Shown piece by piece: positions 33,653 to 43,704 of a stretch of 53,556 nucleotides of DNA (its first letter is position 1; each line of letters opens with the position of its first letter). The notes beneath the pieces were generated by a model. That model was not told the origin of the DNA and searched no databases. It saw nothing but the letters and a program-made list of their open reading frames with translations. The translations under genes and the position numbers were made by a program. The stretch is from a virus (taxonomy: Duplodnaviria > Caudoviricetes). The stretch lies in the IMG/VR virus record IMGVR_UViG_3300004184_000007, positions 1 to 53,556 of that record; one strand, 5' to 3'.

Positions 33653-35179
33653 ATGACTTTCCCGGCCCCGAGCGGCTACACCGCTTCGCTCGTCCCCGTC
33701 ACCGCGATCGCCGTACGCCTTGGGTACGGCGCCGTCGCTGCCCCCACCGCTACCCTCAAGGCGGTGATCCTCGGCAACCCGACCAGCGTCGCGACGGTCG
33801 CGGTCAGCACCCCCACGCGGATCCCTTCGGCCGAAGACGCCGCGACGTACTGGGGGGCCCGCAGTGAGATGGCGCAGATGGCCCGCGCCTGGTTCCGCAA
33901 GGCCCCCCGCGGCCTGCTCTACGGCGTCTCCGTGGCCGAAGGCTCGACCCCGGTCGCAGCCACGGCGACGATCCTCTTCGCGGGCACCGCGACGGGCGCG
34001 GGCGTCGTCCGCGGGCGCGTCGCCGGGCAGCTCATCAACGAGGTCGCGGTCGCCTCGGGCGCCGTCGCCGCGACGGTCGCCGCGGCCCTCGAGGCCGAGC
34101 TCGACCGCTGGCTGGAGATGCCCGCGACGGCGGGCGTGTCGACTGCGACGGTGACCCTCACGGCCGCCAACGCCGGGCCGCGCGGCAACAGCCTCCGCCT
34201 GGTGCTGGAGTGCACGGCGCCGGGCATCACCATGGCGCTCAACGGCACGACGGCCGCGGCGGTGGTACGGGGGAACTTCGGTGCGGACTCGGCGACCCCG
34301 GGATCGGTCGCGGACAACTTCACGGCCGCGCTCGCGGCCATCCAGGCCACCCGCTACCACCGGATCATCGCGGCCTGCGACGACGACACCAACCGCGGAC
34401 GGGTGAAGACCCACCTCAACACGGTGTCCGGCATCAACGCCGGGCGCCGCGCGATGGCGATCTGCGCGTCGGTCGAAACCACCGTCGCTACGGCCGAGGC
34501 GGATGCCACGGGGCAGCAGGAGGCGCGGCTCACGATCGTCTACGGGCGCAAGAGCCCGCGCACCCCCGGCGAGATCGCGGCCAACTATGCGGCGGCGCGC
34601 ATCTACGGCGACGGCGTCCGCCAGGGCGAGTCGCAGTACAAGGCCGCCAAGCAGAACGGGCTGCAGCTGGACATCGAGGAGACCGAGAACGAGGACCTCC
34701 TCTCGGACAACGACATCGCCGCGTGCCTCGCGGCGGGGCTCACGCCGCTCGTCCCCGACCCTCTCAACCCCGGCTACATGCGCGTCGTGCGCCCCGCGAC
34801 CACGCGCACCACCAACGTCGCCGGGTCGACGTCCTACCGCGTCCTCGACCCGGCGAAGGTCGCCGTCGCGGACGAGGTCGCCGACCGCATCGAAGCGTTC
34901 GCCGGCGTGGCCTACGCGACGAAGAACCTCGTGCCCGAGCCCGACCCCGACGCGCGCGTCAACGGCGACGTCATCTGGCCGAGCGCGGTGCGCGAAGACA
35001 TCCTGGCGATCCTCCGTGCCATGGAGGGGGAGGGCCTGCTCGTGCGCGTCAACGACCTCGCCGACCAGGTGCTGGTCGAGCCGATGACCGGCGACGACAG
35101 CTTCCTCGTCGCGACCGTGCCGATCGACGTCATCGAGCACTTCCACGGGTTCCTCGTCGAGGTCCTGCAGCAGGGCTAA
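33653..35179 (+). CDS. Contractile tail sheath (Mu gpL-like)
   Basis: A..YWG..SEMA.M; VTLTA.NAGPRGN; L.AGLTPL; VR..TT; ~508 aa. Confidence 0.9.
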   Translation: MTFPAPSGYTASLVPVTAIAVRLGYGAVAAPTATLKAVILGNPTSVATVAVSTPTRIPSAEDAATYWGARSEMAQMARAWFRKAPRGLLYGVSVAEGSTPVAATATILFAGTATGAGVVRGRVAGQLINEVAVASGAVAATVAAALEAELDRWLEMPATAGVSTATVTLTAANAGPRGNSLRLVLECTAPGITMALNGTTAAAVVRGNFGADSATPGSVADNFTAALAAIQATRYHRIIAACDDDTNRGRVKTHLNTVSGINAGRRAMAICASVETTVATAEADATGQQEARLTIVYGRKSPRTPGEIAANYAAARIYGDGVRQGESQYKAAKQNGLQLDIEETENEDLLSDNDIAACLAAGLTPLVPDPLNPGYMRVVRPATTRTTNVAGSTSYRVLDPAKVAVADEVADRIEAFAGVAYATKNLVPEPDPDARVNGDVIWPSAVREDILAILRAMEGEGLLVRVNDLADQVLVEPMTGDDSFLVATVPIDVIEHFHGFLVEVLQQG

Positions 35180-35212
35180 CGCGCGCCCACGGGCGCGGAA
35201 AGGCATACGATC

Positions 35213-35584
35213 ATGGCACGCAAGGAATGGGCACAGGGCTGCCGAGGATGGCTCAACGGAGCGCTCATCGGTGACGCGCTCGAGATCTCCCTGAAGATCG
35301 GCGAGGGCGGCCAGCGCATGAACACCCTCGGCGGGAACACGGGCACCACCGTCGCCGACCCGACGCACCTGACGGCGTCGATCAAGCACGCCGTCGCGAA
35401 GACGGGGACGGACGTCCGCAAGATCCGCCGCTTCCGGACCGACAAGACCGAGGTCACGCTCAAGGTGCAGATCGGGCCGGAGGTGTTCACGGCCGTGGGC
35501 AAGATCCTCACCTGCAACCCGAGCGGGTCGCCCGGCAAGGCGGAGTTCGACTTCGACTTCGACGGCGACGAGCAGACGGTCTGA
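35213..35584 (+). CDS. Tail tube protein
   Basis: 123 aa, directly after the sheath; acidic/aromatic C-terminal strand (EFDFDFDG). Confidence 0.7.
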   Translation: MARKEWAQGCRGWLNGALIGDALEISLKIGEGGQRMNTLGGNTGTTVADPTHLTASIKHAVAKTGTDVRKIRRFRTDKTEVTLKVQIGPEVFTAVGKILTCNPSGSPGKAEFDFDFDGDEQTV

Positions 35585-36174
35585 TGGCGCGCGACGACGA
35601 CGAGGTTGAGACGCGGGTCTCGAACTTCGCGCGGCGGCGCGCAGGCCGTAAGCGCCCCGATAAGCTGGTCCCCTTCCCGGGAGAGCCCGGGCAGAAGGCC
35701 CGCCTCTGGGTCGCGCGGGACGAGGACGAGCAGGCCGCCGAGGTCGCGACGCGGCAGCACCTCACCAAGGGCCTGAAGCTCTCGGCGCTCGACCTCTCAC
35801 TCACCGCCGAGCAGAACCTCTACCGGGCCGAGTACGAGCGACAGCTCCTCTTGCTGCTCGTGCGTGACCCGGACGACGCCAACCAGCAGCTCTTCGAGAG
35901 CGCTGGCGAGATCCGAGAGGAGCTCGAAGCACCGCAGCGCGAGGCGCTCCTGCGCGAGATCGCTCTCTTCCGGGTCGAGCGCTACCCCGAGCTCACGATG
36001 GAGGAGCTGCCGGAGGATCGCCGAGAGGGCCGCGGCCTGATCGAGTGGATGACGGAGGTAAAAACCGCCGGGGCGCTTTCGACGTACTGGGCGTCCTTCG
36101 GAACCGATACGCAGTACGCCATGCTCAACGCACTCATCGCAGCATCGACGATTGCGACACCACCGAGCTCCTAG
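35584..36174 (+). CDS. Tail assembly chaperone (G)
   Basis: Between tube and TMP; contains the slippery GGTAAAAAC. Confidence 0.7.
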   Translation: MARDDDEVETRVSNFARRRAGRKRPDKLVPFPGEPGQKARLWVARDEDEQAAEVATRQHLTKGLKLSALDLSLTAEQNLYRAEYERQLLLLLVRDPDDANQQLFESAGEIREELEAPQREALLREIALFRVERYPELTMEELPEDRREGRGLIEWMTEVKTAGALSTYWASFGTDTQYAMLNALIAASTIATPPSS

Positions 36175-36263
36175 GCTACCTGGGCGAGGAGTGGCTGGAG
36201 CACGAGCTCGAGCTTCGCGGACTCCTGCCTCCTCGCCGTCCTGAGCCAGATCCGGAGCGCTGA
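36057..36263 (+). CDS. -1 frameshift extension of the tail assembly chaperone (GT)
   Basis: Open -1 frame from the A5 run at 36060-36064 to a stop at 36263, 6 nt before the TMP start. Confidence 0.6.
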   Translation, partial: GKNRRGAFDVLGVLRNRYAVRHAQRTHRSIDDCDTTELLGYLGEEWLEHELELRGLLPPRRPEPDPER

Positions 36264-36269
36264 CATCCC

Positions 36270-38483
36270 ATGGGCACCGTAACCACCGCCATCCTTCGGC
36301 TCGACGTGGAGGGCGGCAGCGCCGTCACGTCCGAGATCCGCAAGGCCGCGACGGACATCCGGAACGCGCAGAAGGAGATCACCAAGGCCTCGGTCGACGC
36401 GGTCCAGGCGATCGAGGCTGCCCAGCAGAAGGCCAGCGAGCGAGCGAAGGGACGCCGACGCAGGGACGCCGTCGAGACCGTCCGCGAGACCGCGCAGGTG
36501 GTCGGCCAGCAGGGCGGGATCTACCGCCAGGGCGCCGCCGTCGCCGAGCGCACCGAGCAGCTCGTCACCCGGTCGAAGCTGAAGGAGCTCGCCAAGCAGG
36601 GCGATGCCCAGAAGGCCTGGGTGGCGCTCTACACGGACGCCCACAAGCGTGCGACGGCGGCGTTCGAGGCCGAGGTCGGCAAGCGCGGGAACCTCTCCCA
36701 GCGCGAGCGGTCGCAGATCGAGACCGTGGCGCTGGCCATCGTCTCCGAGCACGAACAGGCCGAGCGGCGCCGCACGGCCGCGACCGCGCACGAAGGCGAG
36801 AGGCGGGTGGCGCGCGAGCGGGCCAACGCGGCTGTGGTGCGAGAAGCGTGGCGCGGGGTGCGCGACGGTGCTTCGGCCGTAGGGCAGGGCGCCACGCAGT
36901 ACGGTACCCAGGCCCATGCGGTGATCCAGGACGCGACCCAGCGGCGCAACGGCATCCAGGCCACTGTTGCTGATGCGCTGTCGCAGGTCGGGGTCAACGA
37001 TGCGGCCTCCATCAACCGCTACACCGACCAGGTCATCCAGGCGGGTGGAGGCGCAAACATGCGCCCCGAGCAGATCGCAGAAGCGATCCAGTCGGCACAG
37101 CAGCGCACCAACCTCATCGGCCGCATGAGTGGGCTCCAGGGCGGCGCCCGCGATGCGGTCTTCACCGACGCGATCGGCACCGCGGTGCGCGGCCGGAACC
37201 TTGGCCTCGACCCGAGCGAGTTCACCGAACTGCACGGGATGCTCGGCAGCCGCGGCCTGACTGAGTCCGACCGCGCCGGGCTCGAGACGTGGTCCGTGGG
37301 CGCGCAGGATCGCGGCGCACTCGACATCTCGACGCTCCTGCGGCAGTCCAAAGCCGCGATCACGCAGCGCATGGCCGCCGCCAGCAACGCGCTCCCTGCG
37401 AACGCGACGCGCGAGCAGCGCTCGGCAGCGGAGGCCGGGGCGTTCCGTCAGGCCGTGGCCGAGGTCGAGGTGCTCAAGGACGCGGGCATCAACGCCGGCG
37501 TGGGGTCCAACGCCATGGCCACCTACGAGCGCGTGCTGAGCAACACCGGCACCCAGGCCAAGATGAGGGAGAACATTTCGCACATCCCCGACCGGGCGCT
37601 CCGGGCGCGCGTGACCGAGACCCTCTTCGACGCGAACGGCCTGCGAGAGGGGCTCACCAACCCGCTGATGTTCACCGGCGCGCTCCTGCACGCCGGGATG
37701 ACCGACCCTACGGCCACGGCCAACATCTTCGCCGGGACCGGCGCGGGCAACCCGCAGTCGCTCGCTGCGAACGTCCGCCGGATGCAGACGGCGCTGCAGG
37801 GGCGCGACGCCGACAACCGCAGCGGCGTCGACCGGGTCGGCGCGTACCTCGCCCCTGGCGTCGCGATCACCCCAGAGGAAGAGGCGCGCCGGGCTGCGAT
37901 GCGCCGCAGCCTGGGCGTCAACGTCGCCGAGGGCGAGTCCGTGCGAGGGATGACCAACACCCTCGGCCACGGCACCCAGGCGAGCATCTCCGACGCCGCG
38001 GCGCGCGCCGCGCGCACCAACCCCCTCGGCATGGTCGCCCTGGGGGCGTCCGTCCCCGCGCTCGGCGCGCTCGTGGCGAAGGTCCCCGGCGCCGCCAACG
38101 TGCTGGGTGGGCTCGCGCTCATGAAGTCGGTCGTCACGGGCACAACGGTGGACGGCACGCAGCTCTCGACGGGTGACCGCGTGCGTCGCGGCGTCGGCTA
38201 CGCGGCCGGCGCGGCGGTCGCCGCGGCCTCCCCCTTCCTCGCGGCCCCGATCGCGGCCATGGCGCTCATGCCCGGCCTCATGGACGTGGGCCGGGTTGGC
38301 ACCAACCAGTTCCGCGGGTCGGGGATGCGGGAGGCGGTGGGCCAGGGGATCACGCGCGCGTTCCTCGACGCGCTCCCCGACAGCATCGCTCGCGCGATCA
38401 GCCGCGCCACGATCACGGTCACCGTCAGCCCGACCGAGGGCGTACACCGCGAGACCGCCCACGCCGGGAACGGCGGTCGCTGA
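36270..38483 (+). CDS. Tape measure protein
   Basis: 737 aa, Ala/Gly/Gln-rich helical with hydrophobic segments; follows the chaperone. Confidence 0.85.
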   Translation: MGTVTTAILRLDVEGGSAVTSEIRKAATDIRNAQKEITKASVDAVQAIEAAQQKASERAKGRRRRDAVETVRETAQVVGQQGGIYRQGAAVAERTEQLVTRSKLKELAKQGDAQKAWVALYTDAHKRATAAFEAEVGKRGNLSQRERSQIETVALAIVSEHEQAERRRTAATAHEGERRVARERANAAVVREAWRGVRDGASAVGQGATQYGTQAHAVIQDATQRRNGIQATVADALSQVGVNDAASINRYTDQVIQAGGGANMRPEQIAEAIQSAQQRTNLIGRMSGLQGGARDAVFTDAIGTAVRGRNLGLDPSEFTELHGMLGSRGLTESDRAGLETWSVGAQDRGALDISTLLRQSKAAITQRMAAASNALPANATREQRSAAEAGAFRQAVAEVEVLKDAGINAGVGSNAMATYERVLSNTGTQAKMRENISHIPDRALRARVTETLFDANGLREGLTNPLMFTGALLHAGMTDPTATANIFAGTGAGNPQSLAANVRRMQTALQGRDADNRSGVDRVGAYLAPGVAITPEEEARRAAMRRSLGVNVAEGESVRGMTNTLGHGTQASISDAAARAARTNPLGMVALGASVPALGALVAKVPGAANVLGGLALMKSVVTGTTVDGTQLSTGDRVRRGVGYAAGAAVAAASPFLAAPIAAMALMPGLMDVGRVGTNQFRGSGMREAVGQGITRAFLDALPDSIARAISRATITVTVSPTEGVHRETAHAGNGGR

Positions 38484-39367
38484 TGACCATCGACGCGCTC
38501 AAGGAGCACCTCTCTCCGTTCGCCTTCGAGGGCGTGGAGTTCCCGGGGCTCGACACCTCTCTCGTCGGCGGCCACGACTCGGCCAAGCACGCGGGATACC
38601 GCCAGCGCGGCGCCGACGTCGAGACCACCGGTCCGAAGGCCAAGGTCATCAAGGTCAAGGTCCCGCTCTACAACAGTCTGCGCTGGCCCACGCCGCTCTT
38701 CCCGGGCGTCTACGCGGACCTCGTGCGGGTGCTTGATGCGCGTGGCGAGGGCCTCCTCACGCACCCGACGCGCGGCCTACTCACCGTGCACGTCGACGAG
38801 TGGACCGAGCAGATCGACGGGAAGACGAAGGACGGGCTCACGCTCGAGATCACGTTCACCGAGCAGCGGGGCGAGGCCACGCTGGTGGACTTCAACACCC
38901 CCGCTGCACCCGCCGACCTCGCGATCGCTGGGGCAGTCGCCGTCGAGGCCGCCGCGGTCGAGCTCAGCCTCGTCGACCGCTTCCTCGGCTTCGTCGACGA
39001 CGTGACCGCCGTGATGGACGAACTCGCCTCGGCGGACGCCTCCATGACGCAGGCCATCGCCACCGCCGACGCCCTCGTGCGCCGGTGCGAGGAAGATCTC
39101 GCGGACCCGGCGTTCGCCGCATCGCAGTACTTCCCCCTCCGGAGCGCCCTTGGGGCCACCACTGCGGCCGTCGTGGCGCGCAGGGCCGAGCGCGCCGGGG
39201 ACCAGCCAGGAACCTTCCGTCTGCCGGTCGCCATGTCGATCGCGGAGGTGGCCGCGCACCCGGACGTCTACGGTGACGCCTCCCGCATGGGCGAGCTGCT
39301 CGAGGTCAACGCCCTCGCCGACCCGAGCGAGATCCCCGCGGGCACCACGCTCCTGGTTCCGGTCTGA
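38483..39367 (+). CDS. DNA circularisation protein (Mu gpN-like) with LysM-like C-terminus
   Basis: FEGVEF...GG...H.Y..R.GADVE..G...G.LTHP..G; VYGDASR..ELL..N...DP..IPAGT.L. Confidence 0.85.
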   Translation: MTIDALKEHLSPFAFEGVEFPGLDTSLVGGHDSAKHAGYRQRGADVETTGPKAKVIKVKVPLYNSLRWPTPLFPGVYADLVRVLDARGEGLLTHPTRGLLTVHVDEWTEQIDGKTKDGLTLEITFTEQRGEATLVDFNTPAAPADLAIAGAVAVEAAAVELSLVDRFLGFVDDVTAVMDELASADASMTQAIATADALVRRCEEDLADPAFAASQYFPLRSALGATTAAVVARRAERAGDQPGTFRLPVAMSIAEVAAHPDVYGDASRMGELLEVNALADPSEIPAGTTLLVPV

Positions 39368-39369
39368 TC

Positions 39370-40515
39370 ATGGCGCAGTCGCACGAGGTCGAGCTCACCA
39401 TCGGCGGGCGCTCGCTGACGGCCTGGGACGAGGTGGTGCTCACACACGACCTGCTCACCGCAGGCTCGGCCCTTACGGTCACGCTCTGGCGCGGCCGGCA
39501 GACGCCCGCGATGGCCGCGCGGGCCCGACGCGTCCTCACCCTGTTCGCGCCGATGGAGGTGCGCGTCGACGGGGCGTTGCAGTTCGTTGGCACCGTCGAG
39601 CGGGTGCGGTCTGGCGCCGACCGCGAGGGCGCCAAGCTCATCGTCTCGGGCCGCGACCTCTCGGCGGCGATGCTCGTGTCCGACGTCGACCCGCGGCTCT
39701 CGCTGCACGACCTCACGATCGCTGAGGCCATCACCCGGGCCGTCGCCCCCCTCGGCCTCCCGCTCGTTGTCGCCGCCACGGCGGCCGATGCCCGGGCCAT
39801 CTCTGCGGGGCGCGCCCACCCTCGCGGCACGCCCAAGCGCGACACCCGCCGCGCCCACGTCGACCAGTGGAAGCCCCGGCCCGGCGAGAAGATCTGGGCG
39901 TTCTGCGAGCAGCTCGCGCGGCGTCACGGGTTCCTGCTCTACGTGGGCCCCACGGCCGCGGGGCAGGGGCTCATCCTCGACAAGCCCGCCTACGACGCCG
40001 AGCCCCTCTACGACCTCACCCGGATCGCGGTCGGCGACGGGTACGAGGGCAACCTCCTCGCGGGCTGGGAGGACACCAACGGCACCCAGGTCCCCACGGC
40101 CGTGACGGCGTACGGGCACACCTCGCTCCTCGCGGGCGAAGACGCCCGGTCCGAGGCGCGCCAGGAGAACCTCGCCCTCCAGAGTGACCGGGTTCAGTCG
40201 GCCCCGGCGCCGCGCCCGCGGTACGTGCACGACCCGCGCGTCCGCTCGCTCGACCAGGCGCGCCAGCGAGCCCGCAGCGAGATCGCACGGGCCAACCAGC
40301 AGCTCTTCGCCTACGAGGCGACGGTGCAGGGCTGGGGGCAGGCGCCCTTCCTCTATGCGATCAACGCGACTGCCAACCTCCGGGACGACCTCGAGGGGAT
40401 CCGCGACCGGCGTCTGATCACCAAGGTCGACCTGCGCCGCTCCCGCACCGGGGGCCACACGAGCACGCTCTCACTCTCGCCGCGCGGCACGATCGTCCTG
40501 GAGCCCGAGTCATGA
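39370..40515 (+). CDS. Baseplate hub (Mu gpP/gp44-like)
   Basis: VELTIGG....W; V.VDG...F.G.V; SGRD..A.L; PGE..W.F...LAR..G. Confidence 0.85.
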   Translation: MAQSHEVELTIGGRSLTAWDEVVLTHDLLTAGSALTVTLWRGRQTPAMAARARRVLTLFAPMEVRVDGALQFVGTVERVRSGADREGAKLIVSGRDLSAAMLVSDVDPRLSLHDLTIAEAITRAVAPLGLPLVVAATAADARAISAGRAHPRGTPKRDTRRAHVDQWKPRPGEKIWAFCEQLARRHGFLLYVGPTAAGQGLILDKPAYDAEPLYDLTRIAVGDGYEGNLLAGWEDTNGTQVPTAVTAYGHTSLLAGEDARSEARQENLALQSDRVQSAPAPRPRYVHDPRVRSLDQARQRARSEIARANQQLFAYEATVQGWGQAPFLYAINATANLRDDLEGIRDRRLITKVDLRRSRTGGHTSTLSLSPRGTIVLEPES

Positions 40516-41087
40516 GCTTCCCCCAGAAGGTGGTGCGCGCGGCCTACGGCGCCGTCTCCAAGCTCCTCGAGCTCCAGCTCCGGGGCGTCGGCAACGAGGC
40601 TGACGACGACACAGCGGCGCCGACGGACGCCGCGGCGTTCCCTCAGTCGATGGGCCTGGCGGTGCTGCCCGTGATCGCCGCCACCCTGCGCGCCCACGTC
40701 GAGCAGGGCGGCGACGAGCCGTACGTCAAGAGGCTCTGGGACAAGGCCCGGACGCCCACGGACCTCGTCGCGGGCGAGACCCGCCTCTACGCCGTGGGGA
40801 ACATCGCGCGGATGCTGCGGCTCCTCACGGACGCCGCCGTGCTCGAGGCGCCGTCGATCAAGCTCGGTGCCGCGGCAACGAAGAAGGTCAACCGCGAGGG
40901 CGACGCGGTCGACTGCGGGACGCTCACGTTTGCGTTCACGCCCGGCTCGGCTGCGGCGCTCAGCATCACCTACACGCCGCCCGCGGGCAGCGGCGCAGGG
41001 TCCACGGTGCTCGCCGCCGGGTCGGGCGACATCTCGCTCATCGGGCGCACCGGCCCCGGCTCCAACAAGGTCCGCGCGGAGGATTGA
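40512..41087 (+). CDS. Baseplate spike (Mu gp45-like)
   Basis: Q.MG...P; R.P.DL.AGE..LY; IKLG..A...V.R.GD.V. Confidence 0.8.
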   Translation: MSFPQKVVRAAYGAVSKLLELQLRGVGNEADDDTAAPTDAAAFPQSMGLAVLPVIAATLRAHVEQGGDEPYVKRLWDKARTPTDLVAGETRLYAVGNIARMLRLLTDAAVLEAPSIKLGAAATKKVNREGDAVDCGTLTFAFTPGSAAALSITYTPPAGSGAGSTVLAAGSGDISLIGRTGPGSNKVRAED

Positions 41088-41452
41088 TGGCCACCGTCGC
41101 CCGCTTCATCGACCCCGTGACCGGCGACGTCGCCCTCGACGGCCGCACCTGGCAGCGCGCGCTCACCCCCGAGCTCGCGATCGTCGTGAACGTCCTGCGC
41201 ACCCCGCTCGGCTCGGCCGGCCGCGATCGCACCTACGGCGTCGAGGAGGTGGACAACGAGACCCCCAACGCCGTCGCTCGCTGGAAGGCCGCCGTCGCCG
41301 TGGCGTTGAAGCGCTGGGTCGACCGCGGCACGATCCGCGAGCTCGTCGTCGAGGCGCGCACCGAGGCCGCCCCCACCGGCACGGTGCTGCGCTCCACCGT
41401 CACCTTCCGCGGGCGCGATGGGCGCTCGCAGTCGATCGAGATGGAGCGGTAG
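41087..41452 (+). CDS. Baseplate wedge protein (Mu gp46 / gp25-like)
   Basis: DPVTGD...LRTPLGS..RD..YG...ALKRWVD.G. Confidence 0.75.
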   Translation: MATVARFIDPVTGDVALDGRTWQRALTPELAIVVNVLRTPLGSAGRDRTYGVEEVDNETPNAVARWKAAVAVALKRWVDRGTIRELVVEARTEAAPTGTVLRSTVTFRGRDGRSQSIEMER

Positions 41453-41483
41453 GCTCGAGCTGGCGTTCCGGTATGCTCGGCCG

Positions 41484-41921
41484 ATGGACAAGCTCGACGG
41501 GCTGATACATTGGGCGAGCGGCATCGATCGTTCTGCACAGTTCGAGGTCATCCGCCGACTGACGGCGATCGCGCCGGGGGCGATGATCGCCATCCCGAGC
41601 GAAGTGAACGATCCGAAGCGGTCTCCTGCCGCCGCCGTGCTGAACGAGCTCGCTCGCTGGTCGCCGACCCCGCTTCAGCGCGACGGGCTCTTCCTTGCCC
41701 TAGCGTCGTGGCTCGACGTGTTGATGCGTGTGGACGGGGCAACGTTTTCAGAACAGATCCAAGGCGTCCCGATTCGCGCGGCGACCGGGTCCGCTGCCCC
41801 GGTCACCGACGAGGTGCTCGCTGCCTTCATGCCTCACCAGATGATGGCCGCTGCCAAGGCGGCGAACCAATGGGCCAGCGCGGTCGGTTCGTGGAAGGAG
41901 TTTCGCCGTGGAGCGACTTGA
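41484..41921 (+). CDS. Accessory hypothetical protein (moron 1, gene A)
   Basis: Interrupts gp46-gp47 synteny; weaker GC3 bias; TATGCT 6 nt before the ATG. Confidence 0.6.
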   Translation: MDKLDGLIHWASGIDRSAQFEVIRRLTAIAPGAMIAIPSEVNDPKRSPAAAVLNELARWSPTPLQRDGLFLALASWLDVLMRVDGATFSEQIQGVPIRAATGSAAPVTDEVLAAFMPHQMMAAAKAANQWASAVGSWKEFRRGAT

Positions 41922-42132
41922 GCGGGTGTCGGAGATCGAGATCGGTGCCTTCCTGGCTCGCTGCGCCTCGGGCCGCGCGACTCCCGACGACGAGATCGTC
42001 CAGGCGCTGTCCTGGCGTATGCCGTGTCTCCTCGCCGAGTTGCTGGCGCTCTCGCCGGGGCAGCGCGCGAGGCTGCTTGCGTCCCTCGCCGCGCCCCGAG
42101 TTGCCGCGCCCGCCATCGCCTCCGCCGCCTGA
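41908..42132 (+). CDS. Accessory small protein (moron 1, gene B)
   Basis: AAGGAG SD, GTG start overlapping gene A. Confidence 0.6.
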   Translation: MERLERVSEIEIGAFLARCASGRATPDDEIVQALSWRMPCLLAELLALSPGQRARLLASLAAPRVAAPAIASAA

Positions 42133-42174
42133 CCCCGCGCGGTCTTCGCAGCCTCTGTCCCCAGGACAACACCC

Positions 42175-43704
42175 ATGCCCTTCACCCCCCGCATCGCCGC
42201 GACCATTCGCGACGCGCTCCTGGCCGACTGGCGCGCCCGCTACCTCGCGCTCTCGCCCCCGCAGGACCTCTCCATCGAGGAGGGCAGCGACGCGTACAAC
42301 GCCGCCGATGCGTGGTCGAAGTCGTTGGAGCCGACGGAGTACCTCGCGGGACAGGCCTCGGCGCGGGTGCTCGTGCGCGGGCAGTTCGGCACGGAGCTGG
42401 ACACCTCGGCGTCCGACGACGGTACGCAGCGCAAAGCCGCGACGGCCGCGCAGCTCTCCGTGCCGGTGACCGGCCCGGCGATCAACGGCACCACGGCGAC
42501 CAACGGCGCCACCCTCTCATCGTCCGACGGCCTGCGCTTCGTCCCGATCGACCCCGATACCGGCGCCGCCCTCACGTCCGTCACCGTGGATGGCAGCGCT
42601 CAGGCGACCCTCACCGTCGAGTGCACGACCCTCGGTACCGACGGGAACCTCCCGACGCCCACGACGCTGACCTGGTCGACGGCGCCCATCGGCTTCGCGG
42701 CCACTGCAGCAACCAGCGGCATCACCCGGCAGGGCACCGCCACAGAGAGCGACACCGCGCTCCAGGCCCGGCTCATCGAGCGGCGGCAGGCGCGCCCGGG
42801 CAGCGGCAACCCCGCCGACGTCCGCCAGAAGCTGCTGGAGTACGCCGGGGTCGACGAGGTGTTCGTGCACCCGTGCATGGCGCCCGACGGCACCTACGCG
42901 CTCGGCTGCATCACCGCGGTGGTGCTCGGCCCCGCGGCGGGCGACTCGACGGCGCCAGGGATCTTCTTCGACGCGCCGACGGGCTCGCCGCGCACGCAGG
43001 CGCTGATGAAGCGCTTCCTGCTGGGGGAGGTCGACGCCGACGGCGAGGAGATCCTCGAGGCGGAGCGGGAGGGGTTCCTCCCGGCGCCGATCCACCCGGA
43101 CAACGTAACGGTGGTGTCGCCTGGAACCGTCGCGTCCGAAGTGGTCGTCACGGTCACGACCTCCGTCGACTACCCGCCGAGCTTCGTCGGGAGCTACGTC
43201 GTGGCGGCCGCGCCCGCGCCGACGACCACGACCTTCTCAACGACGACCCCGATCGACGGGACCGGCCCGGGGAAGATCGAGCCGGACAACATGATCGCGA
43301 TCAACGTGAGCACGCCCGCGAAGCGCGGGGGGTTCACGCGGGGGAAGGTCCTGACGGCGGCGGGAACGAGCGTGATGCTGGCCGAGGCGCTCCCGGCCGC
43401 GCCAGTCGCCGGGACCACCATCTACCCGACCACGGCCGCATGGCAGGGCATCCGCGACGCGGTGTTCGCGACCTTCGACGCGCTGGGCTCTGGCAACCCA
43501 GTCATCATGCCGTCGCGGGAGCAGCGGTTCCCGGCCGAGTCGTGGGGGCGCCCTGCCACCATCCGCGCCTCGCAGCTCATCGCGGCGATCATGGCCGTCC
43601 CTGGGGTGACCGACGTGACCGTAACGATCAGCGGGGGCACGGGGGCGACCGGGTCGATCCGGCACGTTGTCTGGCTCTCGACGCTGACGATCGTGCCGGG
43701 GTGA
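42175..43704 (+). CDS. Baseplate J-like protein (Mu gp47)
   Basis: RKAATAA...G..GN...G...ESD..L.ARL......PGSGN..D...GV....V.P. Confidence 0.88.
   Translation: MPFTPRIAATIRDALLADWRARYLALSPPQDLSIEEGSDAYNAADAWSKSLEPTEYLAGQASARVLVRGQFGTELDTSASDDGTQRKAATAAQLSVPVTGPAINGTTATNGATLSSSDGLRFVPIDPDTGAALTSVTVDGSAQATLTVECTTLGTDGNLPTPTTLTWSTAPIGFAATAATSGITRQGTATESDTALQARLIERRQARPGSGNPADVRQKLLEYAGVDEVFVHPCMAPDGTYALGCITAVVLGPAAGDSTAPGIFFDAPTGSPRTQALMKRFLLGEVDADGEEILEAEREGFLPAPIHPDNVTVVSPGTVASEVVVTVTTSVDYPPSFVGSYVVAAAPAPTTTTFSTTTPIDGTGPGKIEPDNMIAINVSTPAKRGGFTRGKVLTAAGTSVMLAEALPAAPVAGTTIYPTTAAWQGIRDAVFATFDALGSGNPVIMPSREQRFPAESWGRPATIRASQLIAAIMAVPGVTDVTVTISGGTGATGSIRHVVWLSTLTIVPG

Noticed and set aside
24068-35389. 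Very long minus-strand ORFs (e.g. 24068..27040, 26995..29514, 33458..35389) and similar antisense/off-frame ORFs throughout
   Set aside because: Shadow frames of high-GC3 genes: Arg/Gly/Ala/Pro-rich, no motifs, fully overlapping well-supported genes.
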